From an uncultured Candidatus Peribacteria bacterium (GTDB lineage Bacteria; Patescibacteriota; Gracilibacteria; Peribacterales; Peribacteraceae): a DNA stretch of 32,672 nt. The translations under genes and the position numbers were made by a program. Positions within the stretch are counted from its first letter, which is position 1; every line of letters starts with the position of its first letter. Shown piece after piece: positions 32,024 through 32,672 of the stretch. The stretch lies in contig CAZDEA010000005.1 in assembly GCA_964504485.1 (NCBI GenBank), positions 1 through 32,672 of the forward strand, in the 5' to 3' direction. Under the pieces are notes generated by a model. That model had not been told where the DNA came from, made no database searches, and was given only the letters and a program-made list of their open reading frames with translations.

Positions 32024-32672
32024 TGGCAGGCACTGCTTCCCGCAGCGGGTGCAAAAATAAACAAGCGTTTACTGGTAGCGAGGAACAGGCGATCGTTGCC
32101 TGCAGTGTGGAAGACGCTCTTTGCTTCTCCGGAATCGGAAGGCGAAGGTGTGTAGGACTGCAGCAGCGTAGGACTACCTGCAGGGTTAATTCTGACAACT
32201 TGCAGTGATTGCGTGAACCAATTACTTGCGACGAACGCGTAGCACGCAGTGGGATCCGTTGTGAGGCGCACTGCAGAACCGCTCGCGGTGTAATCCCATG
32301 GGCCCACTCCTGTTGTAGGCATACCTGGATTCTGCAAATCATAAATGCGCATGCGGCCGTTCCCGTTTGCTGGAGCTGCCGTGTTCTCTACACCTAACAG
32401 GAGCGTGGAAGGACCGACTGCTGTGGAAAGTCCGTCCTGCGTAGAGCCACCGTCTTTCGTTCCTACGACAGCCAGGTTGTCTGGATGCGTGATGTTCACC
32501 ACCTGCAACTCACTCGCATTTACCGTTGTCGAAAGATAAGCAGCAGTTCCAAAGACCGCAATGCCTTTGACTCCTCCTACATAGAGAGAGTCTAAGTAGC
32601 GAATCTGCGATGTGGTTGATACATCAAACGCGAAGAAGTCGTTTCCATTGGGGTACGGTCCGCTGGAGGAAG
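32020..32672 (-). CDS. 3' part of a beta-propeller-like (LVIVD-repeat-like) protein; the 5' end lies outside the window
   Basis: The frame stays open to the window edge (…YLDSLYVGGVKGIAVFGTAAYLSTTVNASELQVVNITHPDNLAVVG…MRIYDLQNPGMP…). There is a 4-nt stop/start overlap with 30992..32023. Confidence 0.7.
   Translation of the reverse strand, partial: SSSGPYPNGNDFFAFDVSTTSQIRYLDSLYVGGVKGIAVFGTAAYLSTTVNASELQVVNITHPDNLAVVGTKDGGSTQDGLSTAVGPSTLLLGVENTAAPANGNGRMRIYDLQNPGMPTTGVGPWDYTASGSAVRLTTDPTACYAFVASNWFTQSLQVVRINPAGSPTLLQSYTPSPSDSGEAKSVFHTAGNDRLFLATSKRLFIFAPAAGSSACQ

Noticed and set aside
1-32672. An alternative genetic code (for example UGA reassignment, as in some candidate phyla).
   Set aside because: Well-supported genes end at TGA (dnaN, the propeller protein) as well as TAA and TAG at the lengths expected for their families. 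No conserved gene is interrupted by in-frame stops.

Overview
This is a 32.7-kb bacterial chromosomal window that uses the standard genetic code (TGA, TAA and TAG all serve as stops). GC is about 50-55% by eye, with two visibly AT-richer patches. Most of it is housekeeping: nusA, a DnaQ-type exonuclease fused to a DinG-like module, a short SufD-like protein, a cytidylyltransferase-fold enzyme, RNase J, pyrC and pyrB, a MOP-type flippase, an MBL-only ComEC-like protein, mfd and dnaN. I also found RNase P RNA (not visible in the ORF track), one intact tRNA-Thr(UGU), one canonical sensor histidine kinase, one degenerate kinase-like gene, an LPXTG-like surface protein, and a type IV pilin / minor-pilin cluster that runs off the right edge. 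No CRISPR array, transposase, integrase or recognisable defence system was seen. The gene content (stand-alone SufD, MBL-only ComEC, sortase-type surface protein plus type IV pilins, Lys/Ala/Pro tails) resembles small-genome Patescibacteria/CPR-like bacteria, but I cannot verify that. The items most worth a second look are:
1. A minor-pilin module carrying Myxococcus-type cysteine-rich repeats.
2. A tRNA-Thr locus with an intact gene, a copy disrupted by a 49-nt hairpin-rich insert in the D-arm, and a 17-nt 5' fragment, each 5' fragment followed by a similar hairpin.
3. Two tandem paralogous membrane-protein genes whose leaders are far better conserved than their coding regions.
4. An apparently ATPase-dead DinG module fused to an intact-looking exonuclease.
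5. A kinase-like protein with the phospho-acceptor His replaced by Asp.
6. A DnaA-box cluster upstream of dnaN with no dnaA present.
7. An AT-rich gene of unknown function inserted in reverse orientation between pyrB and pyrC.
All functional calls rest on motifs read by eye. No searches were run.
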